A DNA stretch of 64,000 bases, from NCBI GenBank assembly GCA_963665325.3, contig CAXXWS020000002.1, positions 800,001-864,000 of the forward strand, given 5' to 3'. The notes beneath the pieces are model-generated. The model saw only the letters and a program-made list of their open reading frames with translations, was not told the origin of the DNA and made no database searches. Made by a program: the position numbers and the translations under genes. Each line of letters opens with the position of its first letter. The first letter of the stretch is position 1. Origin of the DNA: Alphaproteobacteria bacterium. Its GTDB lineage: Bacteria; Pseudomonadota; Alphaproteobacteria; Bin95. This document shows, one piece after another, positions 8,811-18,016 of the stretch.

Positions 8811-9299
8811 GTGGGCGGGGAACCGATAGCAATTGTCGAGGCCTCGCGGGCCGATGAAATCGCCGAAATTCGGGCGCTCTTCGCGGAATACCAGCAATGG
8901 CTGGGCGAAGACCTCTCCTTCCAGGACTTCCCGGCGGAACTGGACTCGCTGGCGGAGTTGTATGCGCCGCCGGAAGGGCTGCTGTTGCTCGCCCGCGCCC
9001 CTGACGGAGCGGTGGCCGGCGGCGTCGGCATGAAGGGGCTGGAACCCGGCATCTGCGAAATGAAACGCCTCTTTGTCCGCCCGTCCTGGCGCGGCCACGG
9101 CTTGGGACGCTCGCTGGCCGAGGCGGTCGTGCAGGCAGGACGGGATGCGGGCTACGCGTTCATGCGCCTCGACACGCTGGCCCGCCTGGAAGAGGCGGTC
9201 GCGCTCTACCGGTCGATCGGCTTCTACGAGATCGCGCCCTATTACGAGAACCCGATGGACGGCGTGTTCTATCTGGAAAAGGCGCTGGGCCGAGGGTGA
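8811..9299 (+). CDS. GNAT family N-acetyltransferase
   Basis: CEMKRLFVRP, RGHGLG acetyl-CoA motif, RLDTL, ALYRSIGF. Confidence 0.9.
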   Translation: MGGEPIAIVEASRADEIAEIRALFAEYQQWLGEDLSFQDFPAELDSLAELYAPPEGLLLLARAPDGAVAGGVGMKGLEPGICEMKRLFVRPSWRGHGLGRSLAEAVVQAGRDAGYAFMRLDTLARLEEAVALYRSIGFYEIAPYYENPMDGVFYLEKALGRG

Positions 9300-9377
9300 C
9301 GACGGCGGGCGAAACGATGCAGAATGGCCGCAATCGAACGGGATGGCGGCAGAATTGCCGCGAACTGGGGGAAGCGC

Positions 9378-10160
9378 ATGGAATTCGAGGGCCGGACCGT
9401 CATCGTGACGGGAGCGGGCACCGGTGTGGGAGCAGCTGCCGCGCAACGTCTCGCCGGGGGCGGCGCGAAGGTGATCGTCAACTACTCCCGCAGCCGGGAC
9501 GAGGCGGAGGCCGTGGCGGCCGCTTGCCGGGAGGCGGGCGGCGAGGCCGCGGCGGTGCAGGGCGATGTGGCGGACGAGGACGATTGCAAGCGCCTGGCCG
9601 GGGAAGCCGTGTCGCGCTGGGGCCGGATCGACGGCCTCATCAACAGCGCGGGCACCACGGTGTTCCGGCCCGGCAACGACTTCGACACACTCTCCCAGGA
9701 GGACTTCCAGCGCATCTACAGCGTGAATGTGGTCGGGGCCTTCCTGATGACGCGGGCGGTGTCGGCGCAGATGAAATCCCAGGGCCGGGGCAGCGTCGTC
9801 AATATCTCGTCGATTGCCGGCGTGATGGGCGTGGGCAGCTCCATCGCCTATGCCGCATCGAAAGGCGCGCTCAACACCCTGACCCTGTCGCTCGCGCGTG
9901 CGCTTGCGCCTGAAATTCGCGTCAACACGGTGGCGCCCGGTTTCATAACCGGCCGCTGGTGGCGGGAGAAGATGGGCGAGGGTTACGACAAGATGGTCGC
10001 TAACACCGAGGCGGCGACGCCGCTCAAGCGAGCCGGGACTCCCGAGGACATGGCGGCAGCGGCGGTCTGGCTGCTCTGCGGCGATGTCAACATTACCGGC
10101 GAAATCCTGATCTCGGACGCCGGGATGCACTTGGGCGCGGCGCCGTTGAAGGCGCGGTAG
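9378..10160 (+). CDS. Short-chain dehydrogenase/reductase
   Basis: TGAGTGVG, NSAG, SS, YAASK, RVNTVAPG. Confidence 0.92.
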   Translation: MEFEGRTVIVTGAGTGVGAAAAQRLAGGGAKVIVNYSRSRDEAEAVAAACREAGGEAAAVQGDVADEDDCKRLAGEAVSRWGRIDGLINSAGTTVFRPGNDFDTLSQEDFQRIYSVNVVGAFLMTRAVSAQMKSQGRGSVVNISSIAGVMGVGSSIAYAASKGALNTLTLSLARALAPEIRVNTVAPGFITGRWWREKMGEGYDKMVANTEAATPLKRAGTPEDMAAAAVWLLCGDVNITGEILISDAGMHLGAAPLKAR

Positions 10161-10185
10161 GGCACGTCCGGAACGCGCCTCGGAC

Positions 10186-10797
10186 TCAGAGCGCGGCCGC
10201 GCGGGCGAAGGCGGGGCGGGCTGTCGTGCGGTCCCAGTAGGCCTGGATGTTCGGCGTGAAGGCTTCTGCGATGCCGAGCCGCCCGGCGAAATGCAGCGCC
10301 CAGACGATGGCGATATCGGCAATGGTGAAGCGCCCGGAACAGAGGTAGTCGCGCGTTTCCAGCGCGGCCTCCAGCACGCGCAGCCGGGCGAGGAACCAGA
10401 CCCGGTAATCCTCCACGACCTGCGGCAGGCGCCGTTCCTCCGGCTCCAGGTCGCGGTAACGGAACACCAGCGTCTGCGGGAAGGTCAGGGTTGCGTCGCT
10501 GCGGTGCAGCCAGTCGAGCCAGAGGGGAAAGTCCGGCTCGTGCGCCGCAACCCGGAGCGGCGTCGGGCCGTAGCGGTCCACCAGATAGTGGCAGATGGCC
10601 CCGGACTCCGTCATCCAAGCGTCGCCGTCGATCAGGCAAGGCACCGTGCCAAGCGGATTGACCTGCTTGTAGTCCTTGTGATGCGCGCGCGGCGGGAACT
10701 CCAGCGTCACCAGCTCGTAGTCGAGCTCCATCTCCTCCAGCGTCCACACACACCGCATCGAGCGCGCATGCGCGCAGTGGTAAAGCTTGATCGCCAT
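10186..10797 (-). CDS. Glutathione S-transferase family protein
   Basis: ARSMR, NPLGTVP, ESGAI, FTIADI motifs. Confidence 0.92.
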   Translation of the reverse strand: MAIKLYHCAHARSMRCVWTLEEMELDYELVTLEFPPRAHHKDYKQVNPLGTVPCLIDGDAWMTESGAICHYLVDRYGPTPLRVAAHEPDFPLWLDWLHRSDATLTFPQTLVFRYRDLEPEERRLPQVVEDYRVWFLARLRVLEAALETRDYLCSGRFTIADIAIVWALHFAGRLGIAEAFTPNIQAYWDRTTARPAFARAAAL

Positions 10798-10972
10798 GGC
10801 CTGTATTCCCGTACGCCACCGGGTCTCGTTGTTGCAAGATTAGAGCGGGATCATTCAATTGAGAATTGGAAGGGAAATCTCCCAAATCCTTTGCCTGAGT
10901 CAATACGTCCACACGGCCTCGCGACACCGGATTGCCCCCGGTCGCGGCAGGCCATTGGACGGAGCGGCGGCT

Positions 10973-11536
10973 TTAACGGTTTGCGCCGGGAACCCAGAGA
11001 ATGTCGGCCCCGCCCTTGTCGTTGACCAGCCGGGCGGCGACGAAGAGGTGGTCCGAGAGGCGGTTGATATAGTGCCGTGCGGCTTCGCCTACCGGCTCTT
11101 CCCGCGCCAGTGCCGTCATCGAGCGCTCCGCCCGCCGGGCCGTCGTGCGAGCAAGGTGCAGCGCCGCCGCCGCCGCCGACCCACCTGGCAGCACGAAGGA
11201 GTTGAGCGGCGCGAGGCCGGCGTTCATGGCATCGATCTCGGCCTCCAGCCGGAGAACCTGTTCGGGCACGACGCGCAGGGCGCCGGAGCGCCGTTCGCCG
11301 CCCTCCGGCGTGCAGAGGTCCGCGCCCAGGTCGAACAGGTCGTTCTGGATGCGCGCCAGCATCTCATCTATCTCCCCGGATGTATGGAGGCGCGCGAGGC
11401 CGATGCAGGCATTGGTCTCATCCACCGCGCCGAATGCCTCGACGCGAACGCTGTCCTTTGCGACGCGCGCACCGTTGCCGAGCGAAGTCTCGCCCCTGTC
11501 GCCGCCCCGTGTGTAGATTTTCGTGAGCCGGACCAT
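10973..11536 (-). CDS. PduO-type ATP:cob(I)alamin adenosyltransferase
   Basis: MVRLTKIYTRGGDRGETSL, FVLPGG, ARRAER, INRLSDHLF. Confidence 0.93.
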   Translation of the reverse strand: MVRLTKIYTRGGDRGETSLGNGARVAKDSVRVEAFGAVDETNACIGLARLHTSGEIDEMLARIQNDLFDLGADLCTPEGGERRSGALRVVPEQVLRLEAEIDAMNAGLAPLNSFVLPGGSAAAAALHLARTTARRAERSMTALAREEPVGEAARHYINRLSDHLFVAARLVNDKGGADILWVPGANR

Positions 11537-11721
11537 CAGGTTCCGGCCAGCAGCGCCGCCGCAGCGATCAGGACAATTGCGAGGAATTGCAGGCCGACGC
11601 GAAGCTGCATCAGCTTGTTGCCGTACTTCCGGTTGAAGTCGCCACCCCGCATCATCCCGAAAATCCCGGTGAACAGGACGAGCGCCACCGCAGCAAGGGC
11701 AATCGGGATGAGGAATGACAC
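11536..11721 (-). CDS. Twin-transmembrane-helix small protein (HIG1-like)
   Basis: Two hydrophobic helices flanking NKLMQLRVGLQ; usual position directly upstream of the adenosyltransferase in Alphaproteobacteria. Confidence 0.85.
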   Translation of the reverse strand: MSFLIPIALAAVALVLFTGIFGMMRGGDFNRKYGNKLMQLRVGLQFLAIVLIAAAALLAGT

Positions 11722-11733
11722 GCGACGGCTCTT

Positions 11734-12027
11734 CTATCTCGCTGGCGCGGCGGGCCCGGTGCGCTCGATCAATGTCCTCAGCGCCGTCATGGACTCGGTA
11801 TGCAAGGCCCGAAGCGTTGCCATGGCCTCCTCGTTCCGGCGGATGTCGGCGTCCCGCCATTCGGCGAGCTCGGCGGCGGCCGCCTCGCGGGCGCGGGTGC
11901 GTTCGTCCGACGACCGGTGCATCTCGCCAATACCGCGCCAGATGAGGAAGCAGGCGGCCCCGCCGACCAGCACTGTCGATCCTGCGATGGCGACGGTTGC
12001 CCAAGCTGTTATCAGCGCGGGGTCCAT
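11734..12027 (-). CDS. Small hypothetical protein, N-terminal TM helix plus helical C-terminus
   Basis: MDPALITAWATVAIAGSTVLVGGAACFLIWRG...AMATLRALHTESMTALRTLIERT; fills the gap between co-oriented genes; start inferred. Confidence 0.6.
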   Translation of the reverse strand: MDPALITAWATVAIAGSTVLVGGAACFLIWRGIGEMHRSSDERTRAREAAAAELAEWRDADIRRNEEAMATLRALHTESMTALRTLIERTGPAAPAR

Positions 12028-12092
12028 GGCGGCACTGTTCCCGTAACCGACATTCGGTTGCGAACGTAACCTATGGCCCGCCCCGGGGTGCG

Positions 12093-13271
12093 TCAATCGG
12101 AACGCGCCGCGAGCGCCGCCTCGGCGTCGTAGCCGTAGAGCCAGATCTGGCCGGGCGGAAAGCCGCCGCGATACTCCGCGCGGTCCTTCGCCAGCTTGGC
12201 ATTGCGAACAGCAACTTCGGCTGGGTCCGCGAGCAGGCAGTGGCGCTCGATGGCGCGGGACCAGCCCTGCACCCGGTTGGCGCGGTCGCGGCGCAATGCC
12301 TCGTAGCGGGCGAGGCCGGTCTCACCCTTGTCCTCGGCGAGGCAGCCGGCCAGCACCCAGGCGTCCTCCAGACTCATCGCGGCGCCCTGGGCATGGTAGG
12401 GCATCATGGCGTGCGCTGCGTCGCCGATCAGCGTCGTCCGCCCGACGGTCCAGGCCGGCAGACCCTCGCGGTCGAACAGCGCCCATTCGTGCACGGCCTC
12501 CGTGCGTTCCACCATGCGCGTGACCGTGGCTGGGAAGGGCGCCATCGCCGCAGCGGCGTCCTCCACGCGGCCGAGGCGGGACCAGGATTCCGGCGTCTCG
12601 CGGTCGATGCGTGCAATCGCGATCCAGTTCATCAACCGCCCGGCCGAGACCCAATAGCGCACCATGCACGAGTCCGGCCCCCACCAGACGCCGGACTCGC
12701 GCGGAATGTCCAGATCGGCCAGGCGCTCGGCCGGAACCAGCGCCCGCCACGCGACCGAGCCCGAGTCCCGCGCATTGCCGGTGCCGAATAGATGCCGGCG
12801 CACCGGGCTGTGGATTCCGTCAGCACCGATGACGACATCGGCCTCGACGGTCTCGCCGTCCGCAAGCGCGAGGCGTCCTTCGTCCATGGCGACGACCTGC
12901 GATCCGAGCCGTATCCTCCCCGGTGGCTGGCGGTTGAGCAGTCCGTCCAGCAAATCCGCCCGGTGGGCGTGGTAGTAGGGATAGCCAAAGGTCTCGCGTG
13001 CTTCCCGGCCGAGCGGGGCCTCCACCAGGGTCTCGCCTTCATGGCTGCGGATCGCAAGCCCGCCCGGCTCGACGCCCCACCCGGCCATGTCGTCTTCGAG
13101 GCCGAGCCAATTCAGGATACGGGTCGCGTTCGGGCTGAGCTGGATGCCGGCGCCCACGGGCTCGATACGCGGCGCCTGCTCCAGCACCAGGGCGTCGATG
13201 CCGCGCTTTGCGAGGGAGAGGGACAGGGCCAGCCCGCCGATGCCGGCGCCGACGATAACGATCCGTGACAT
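12093..13271 (-). CDS. FAD-dependent monooxygenase (salicylate-hydroxylase-like, group A)
   Basis: GAGIGG, GAGIQLSPN, IGADGIHS, LIGDAAHAMMPYHAQGA. Confidence 0.9.
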   Translation of the reverse strand: MSRIVIVGAGIGGLALSLSLAKRGIDALVLEQAPRIEPVGAGIQLSPNATRILNWLGLEDDMAGWGVEPGGLAIRSHEGETLVEAPLGREARETFGYPYYHAHRADLLDGLLNRQPPGRIRLGSQVVAMDEGRLALADGETVEADVVIGADGIHSPVRRHLFGTGNARDSGSVAWRALVPAERLADLDIPRESGVWWGPDSCMVRYWVSAGRLMNWIAIARIDRETPESWSRLGRVEDAAAAMAPFPATVTRMVERTEAVHEWALFDREGLPAWTVGRTTLIGDAAHAMMPYHAQGAAMSLEDAWVLAGCLAEDKGETGLARYEALRRDRANRVQGWSRAIERHCLLADPAEVAVRNAKLAKDRAEYRGGFPPGQIWLYGYDAEAALAARSD

Positions 13272-13290
13272 GCAAATGCGCTCCGGGGGC

Positions 13291-14922
13291 TCAGTTGCGG
13301 CGTTCCAGAAGGCCGCGCGCGATGACATGGGCCTGTATCTCAGCCGCGCCCTCGAAGATGTTGAGGATGCGGGCGTCGCAGAGGATCCGCCCCACCTCGT
13401 ATTCCTGCGCGTAGCCGTTGCCGCCATGCACCTGCACGGCATTGTCGGCATTGGCCCAGGCGGCGCGCGCCGCGAGCAGCTTTGCCATGCCGGCCTCGAT
13501 GTCGCAGCGCCGTCCGTTGTCCTTCTCGCGCGCGGCGAAATAGGCGAGCTGGCGGGCGATCTGGGTTTCGACCGCCATCCAGGCGATCTTGCCGGCGACG
13601 CGCGGGAAGCCGAGGATCGCCTTACCGAACTGCCTGCGGCCGGCAGCGTAGTCCAGCGCAAGCTCCATCGCGCGCTCCGCTACGCCCACTGACCGCGCCG
13701 CGGTCTGGATGCGGGCGCTCTCGAAGGTCGCCATCAACTGCTTGAAGCCCTGTCCTTCCTCGCGTCCGAGCAGGTCTCCGGCATCCACCTCGAAGCCGTC
13801 GAAGCCGATGTCGTATTCCTTCATGCCGCGATAGCCGAGCACCGGAATCTCGCCGCCGTCGATGCCGGGGTCGGGGAAGGGGTTGCCGTCGTCGCCGCGC
13901 GTCTTCGGGGCAAGGAACATGGAGAGGCCCCGATAACCGGGCGTGTCGGGGTCGGTGCGGGCGAGCAGGGTCATCAGGTCGGCGCGCGCCGCATGGGTGA
14001 TCCAGGTCTTCGCGCCGGAAATCCGGTAGGTGCTGCCGTCCCGGACCGCGCGGGTGCGCACGCCGCCGAGGTCCGAGCCGACGTCGGGCTCGGTGAACAC
14101 GGCGGTCGGCAGCACGGCGCCGCTCGCAATGTCCGCGAGCCAGCGTTCCTTCTGCTCCTTTGTGCCGCCGAGCCGGATCAGCTCGGCCGCGATCTCGGAA
14201 CGGGTGCCGAGCGAGCCGACGCCGATATAGCCGCGCGACAGCTCTTCGGTGACCACGCACATGGCCACTTTGCCCATGCCGAGCCCGCCCCATTCTTCCG
14301 GCACGGTGAGGCCGAACACGCCCATATCCGCCATGTCCCCGACAACGGCCATCGGAATGAGCTCGTCGCGGCTGTGCCATCCGTGGGCCGGCCCGACGAT
14401 GCGCTCGTCCGCGAATCGGCGGAACTGGTCCCGCACCAGGGCCAGCGACTCGTCCTCCAGTCCGTCGGACGGCCTCTGGCCCTCGGCAAGCAGGGCGGCA
14501 ATTTCCATGCGTGCGGCGTTCGAATTGCCCTCGGCTGCGACGCGCTCGACGGCAGGACCGCGCAGTGCCGCGCCGTCGAGGCCGAGGTCCGCGGGCCGGA
14601 CCACTTCTCCCTGCGAGACCGCGATGCCGCCGGAAAGCTGCGCCAGATACTCCCCGAAGGCCGCTTGCAGGACGAGCCGGTCCAGCTCCGTGAGGGCGTC
14701 GGAGGCTTCGAGTCGCCGCCCCCAGCCGAGCATTTCGCGCAGGCCCGCGACATAAGTTGCGATCCAGGCAAAACCGTGGGCGGCGAACTGATCGCGTTCC
14801 AGTGCGGCGGGGTCGGTCCGACCGCCGGCCTGCACACGCGCCGCAACGCCGCCGCGCGCGTCATCGAGATAGGCCTCGGCTGCGGCGAGTGCCTCTTCGA
14901 GGAGGGAGATCGGGAGGGTCAT
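13291..14922 (-). CDS. mcd: Acyl-CoA dehydrogenase, probably (2S)-methylsuccinyl-CoA dehydrogenase (ethylmalonyl-CoA pathway)
   Basis: 543 aa with N-terminal extension QFAAHGFAWIATY; GSLGTRSEIA, VLGYRGMKEY, FESARIQTAAR, IFEGAAEIQ. Confidence 0.8.
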   Translation of the reverse strand: MTLPISLLEEALAAAEAYLDDARGGVAARVQAGGRTDPAALERDQFAAHGFAWIATYVAGLREMLGWGRRLEASDALTELDRLVLQAAFGEYLAQLSGGIAVSQGEVVRPADLGLDGAALRGPAVERVAAEGNSNAARMEIAALLAEGQRPSDGLEDESLALVRDQFRRFADERIVGPAHGWHSRDELIPMAVVGDMADMGVFGLTVPEEWGGLGMGKVAMCVVTEELSRGYIGVGSLGTRSEIAAELIRLGGTKEQKERWLADIASGAVLPTAVFTEPDVGSDLGGVRTRAVRDGSTYRISGAKTWITHAARADLMTLLARTDPDTPGYRGLSMFLAPKTRGDDGNPFPDPGIDGGEIPVLGYRGMKEYDIGFDGFEVDAGDLLGREEGQGFKQLMATFESARIQTAARSVGVAERAMELALDYAAGRRQFGKAILGFPRVAGKIAWMAVETQIARQLAYFAAREKDNGRRCDIEAGMAKLLAARAAWANADNAVQVHGGNGYAQEYEVGRILCDARILNIFEGAAEIQAHVIARGLLERRN

Positions 14923-15016
14923 GGGGTGGGGCGGACGCCTTTTTCGAGTGGCGCGTTATAGCAAGACGGCCGCTCCGGCTATACACTGGCGGCCCATAAA
15001 CTGCGTGGTCACCGCG

Positions 15017-15976
15017 ATGCCGCTTCTCGACCCGAGCCCGACCTACAAGCCCTTCCGCTATCCTTGGGCCTACGACGCCTGGCTGACGCAGCAGCGCATC
15101 CACTGGCTGCCGGAAGAGGTGCCGCTTTCCGACGACGTGACCGACTGGCGGCGCATCCTCACGCTCGCCGAGCGGAACCTGCTCGCCCAGATTTTCCGCT
15201 TTTTCACCCAGGCCGATGTCGAGGTGAACAACTGCTACATGAAGCACTATGCCCGCGTCTTCGAGCCGACCGAGGTGCAGATGATGCTGGCGGCCTTCTC
15301 GAACATCGAGACGGTGCATATCGCGGCCTACAGCCATTTGCTCGATACGGTGGGGATGCCGGAAGTCGAGTATTCGGCCTTCATGCACTACAAGGCGATG
15401 CGCGACAAATACGATTACATGAAGCAGTTCGGCTCCGACTCGAAGGAAGACATTGCGCGCACACTCGCCGTGTTCGGCGCCTTCACCGAGGGGGTCCAGC
15501 TCTTTGCGAGCTTCGCGATCCTGCTGAATTTCCCACGCTTCGGCAAAATGAAGGGCATGGGGCAGATCGTGGCCTGGTCGGCGCGCGACGAGACCCTTCA
15601 TACCGAGAACGCGATCCGCCTGTTCCGCACCTTCATCGGCGAATATCCCGAAGTGTGGACCGATGCGCTCCGCCGGGACCTGACGGACGCCTGCCGGACG
15701 GTGATCGAGCATGAGGACGCCTTCATCGACCTTGCCTTCGAGATGGGCGGCGTCGAGGGCCTGGAGGCGGAGGAGGTCAAGGCCTATATCCGCTTCATCG
15801 CCGACCGGCGGCTGGAACAGCTCGGCCTGGAGGCGATCTTCGCCGTGGCGGAGAACCCGCTTTCCTGGATGGACGAAATGCTGAACGGCGTGGAGCACGC
15901 CAACTTCTTCGAGAACCGCGCCACCGAATACGCCAGGGCCGCGACGCGCGGCAGCTGGGAAGAGGCATTCGCCTGA
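15017..15976 (+). CDS. nrdB: Ribonucleotide reductase class I beta subunit
   Basis: HWLPEEV, FFTQADVEV, ETVHIAAY (radical Tyr), EGVQLF, RDETLH, NFFENRATEY. Confidence 0.93.
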   Translation: MPLLDPSPTYKPFRYPWAYDAWLTQQRIHWLPEEVPLSDDVTDWRRILTLAERNLLAQIFRFFTQADVEVNNCYMKHYARVFEPTEVQMMLAAFSNIETVHIAAYSHLLDTVGMPEVEYSAFMHYKAMRDKYDYMKQFGSDSKEDIARTLAVFGAFTEGVQLFASFAILLNFPRFGKMKGMGQIVAWSARDETLHTENAIRLFRTFIGEYPEVWTDALRRDLTDACRTVIEHEDAFIDLAFEMGGVEGLEAEEVKAYIRFIADRRLEQLGLEAIFAVAENPLSWMDEMLNGVEHANFFENRATEYARAATRGSWEEAFA

Positions 15977-16038
15977 GCCGGGAAAGGAGGCGGACCGGCA
16001 TGGCCGGCATCGCGGCCGTGCCGGAGGCGCGCTGAGCG

Positions 16039-16767
16039 ATGGCGTTCCTGTCTCCGGAGTTGTTCCTTGCCATGGGCGTTGCGGCCGCGGCCGGGCTGAT
16101 GCGGGGTTTCGCCGGCGTCGGCTCCGGCATGCTGATGGCGCCGGTCTTTGCGATCCTGTTCGGCCCGGTCCAGACCGTCGCGGTCATCATCCTCATGGAA
16201 ATCGTGGTCACCGGCCAGCTCCTCCCCGGCGTGCGCCGGGAGATCGACTGGAAGGTGATTGCCCCGATGGGGATCGCGGCCGCCCTTCTCATGCCGGCGG
16301 GAAGCTGGCTTCTCGTGACGCTCGATCCCGACCTCATCGCGCGGGGGATCGCACTGGTCGTGGTGGCCTTCTCGGTCGTCCTGATGGCCGGGTGGCGCTA
16401 TGAGGGCGAGAAGAAGCTGTGGGCGACCGTCGGCGTCGGGGGGCTATCGGGCGTATTGATGGCTTCGACCAGCCTCGGAAATCCTCCGGTGATGGCCTAC
16501 CTGCTCTCCAGCCGGGATTCGGCGGCGACCAACCGCGCAAATTTCACCGGCTACTTCGCGGTCACGCTGGTGGCGCTGATCGCCATGATGGCGGTTGCAG
16601 GGCTGATCGACGGCAATGCCGTCGTAACGGCGGCGATATTGCTGCCGGTGTTCATGGCAGGGGCATGGGCCGGCTCCCGGCTCTTCCGGCAGTCGAGCGA
16701 AACGCTCTACCGCCGCGTCGCCCTCGGCCTCCTGTTCTGCGTCGGGCTCTACGGGCTGCTGCGGTAG
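16039..16767 (+). CDS. TauE/SafE family membrane permease
   Basis: AGLMRGFAGVGSG, GNPP, hydrophobic 242-aa protein. Confidence 0.85.
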   Translation: MAFLSPELFLAMGVAAAAGLMRGFAGVGSGMLMAPVFAILFGPVQTVAVIILMEIVVTGQLLPGVRREIDWKVIAPMGIAAALLMPAGSWLLVTLDPDLIARGIALVVVAFSVVLMAGWRYEGEKKLWATVGVGGLSGVLMASTSLGNPPVMAYLLSSRDSAATNRANFTGYFAVTLVALIAMMAVAGLIDGNAVVTAAILLPVFMAGAWAGSRLFRQSSETLYRRVALGLLFCVGLYGLLR

Positions 16768-16851
16768 GTTCCGAAGCGTTCGTGGCAGTGGACAGTGGCA
16801 CCGGCACCGGACTCACGGGGACGCTTCAGACGGTACGGATATACGCCAAGT

Positions 16852-17973
16852 TCAAAGCAGCGGCTGCTGGCCGCCATTGTCGCCGAAGGCCTGTTCGCGG
16901 TAGAGGCCGAGGGCGCGCATGACCGGCAGGTCGGAGAGGCAGAACAGGCAGGTGTCGTCGGTGTCCGAGGCGTTGGCGTGTTCGTGCCACGCCCAGGACG
17001 GCACGCAGAAGATGTCGCGCTCGGTCCAGTCGTAGCGCTTGCCGTCGATGACCGAATGGCCGCTGCCCTTCGCGACCTGATAGAGGAAGCTGCCGGTGTG
17101 GCGGTGCGCCTTCGTGCGCTCGCCCGGCCGCAGCAATTGCATGCTGGCGCCTATTGTCTGCATCACGGGGCCGTTGGTCGCCGGGTTCACATATTCCATC
17201 AATACGCCGTCATGGGGTGAGCCGTCAGTGCAGGAGGCGTAGTTGCAGAGCGCTTCGTAGGTCCGCCGCCACTCATACTTGAACAGCGGCGAATAGCCCT
17301 TGCTCCAAGTGCCACCGCCCGGCGTCAGCCCCGGATTTCCCCAGGTGCTCGTCACGTCGTCGACCTCGTACGCCACGGCTTGCGCGAGGTCGGGATGCAC
17401 CTCGTAGAAATTCGCCTCCATGGCGTTGACGAAGGGGATGTCCAGACCGTCCTGCCAGATGCAGGGGCTGCCCGAGGCCTCGACCCCGTGCTCATGCCAG
17501 GTGCCGTTCGGCGTCAGTACGAAGTCGTTTGCGCCGAGCGTGATCTTGTGCCCGTCGACGACGGTGTAGGCGCCTTCGCCCTCCATGATGAAGCGGATTG
17601 CGGAGGCCGAGTGGCGATGCGCGCTCGCCGCCTCTCCCGGGTTCATCGCCTGCAGCCCGGCATAGATCCAGCCCACAGCCGCCGCGACCTCCGTGCGGCC
17701 CGGATTGTTGAGATAGACGACCCGGCGGCCCGCCTCTTCCGGCGTCACCAGATCGAGGGACCTCAGGACGTGTTCGCGGAGGTCCCGGTAACGCCAGACG
17801 ACCGGGATCGATTGCGATACCGGCTCCCACGGTTCGATCTTGTTGGCGACCGTCCACAAGGCACCCGCGCGATGCCTGTCGAGTTCGTCGTAGTAAGCCA
17901 GCAGTTCCGGCGTATCCCGGACATTCGCCCTGCCGGGAACGTCTTCACGGTAGTTCTCGTGCTTCCTGCCCAA
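16852..17973 (-). CDS. Bicupin ring-cleavage dioxygenase, gentisate 1,2-dioxygenase family
   Basis: RRVVYLNNPG, AHRHSASAIRF, WHEHG, WQDGLDIP, second cupin AHRHTGS / VPSWAWHEH; TTG start uncertain. Confidence 0.85.
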   Translation of the reverse strand: MGRKHENYREDVPGRANVRDTPELLAYYDELDRHRAGALWTVANKIEPWEPVSQSIPVVWRYRDLREHVLRSLDLVTPEEAGRRVVYLNNPGRTEVAAAVGWIYAGLQAMNPGEAASAHRHSASAIRFIMEGEGAYTVVDGHKITLGANDFVLTPNGTWHEHGVEASGSPCIWQDGLDIPFVNAMEANFYEVHPDLAQAVAYEVDDVTSTWGNPGLTPGGGTWSKGYSPLFKYEWRRTYEALCNYASCTDGSPHDGVLMEYVNPATNGPVMQTIGASMQLLRPGERTKAHRHTGSFLYQVAKGSGHSVIDGKRYDWTERDIFCVPSWAWHEHANASDTDDTCLFCLSDLPVMRALGLYREQAFGDNGGQQPLL

Positions 17974-18016
17974 ATGCCGCGCCTCCCGTCGATGAGCGGC
18001 TACCGGCCTCGCCGCA

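Noticed and set aside
15017-15976. nrdB without adjacent nrdA as a novel stand-alone R2-like enzyme
   Set aside because: Iron ligands, radical Tyr and the C-terminal R1-binding tail are canonical; split nrdA/nrdB loci are common.
16033-16035. Selenocysteine readthrough of the in-frame TGA before tauE
   Set aside because: No evident SECIS-like hairpin right after the TGA, the position is outside the conserved domain, and tauE has its own SD and ATG.
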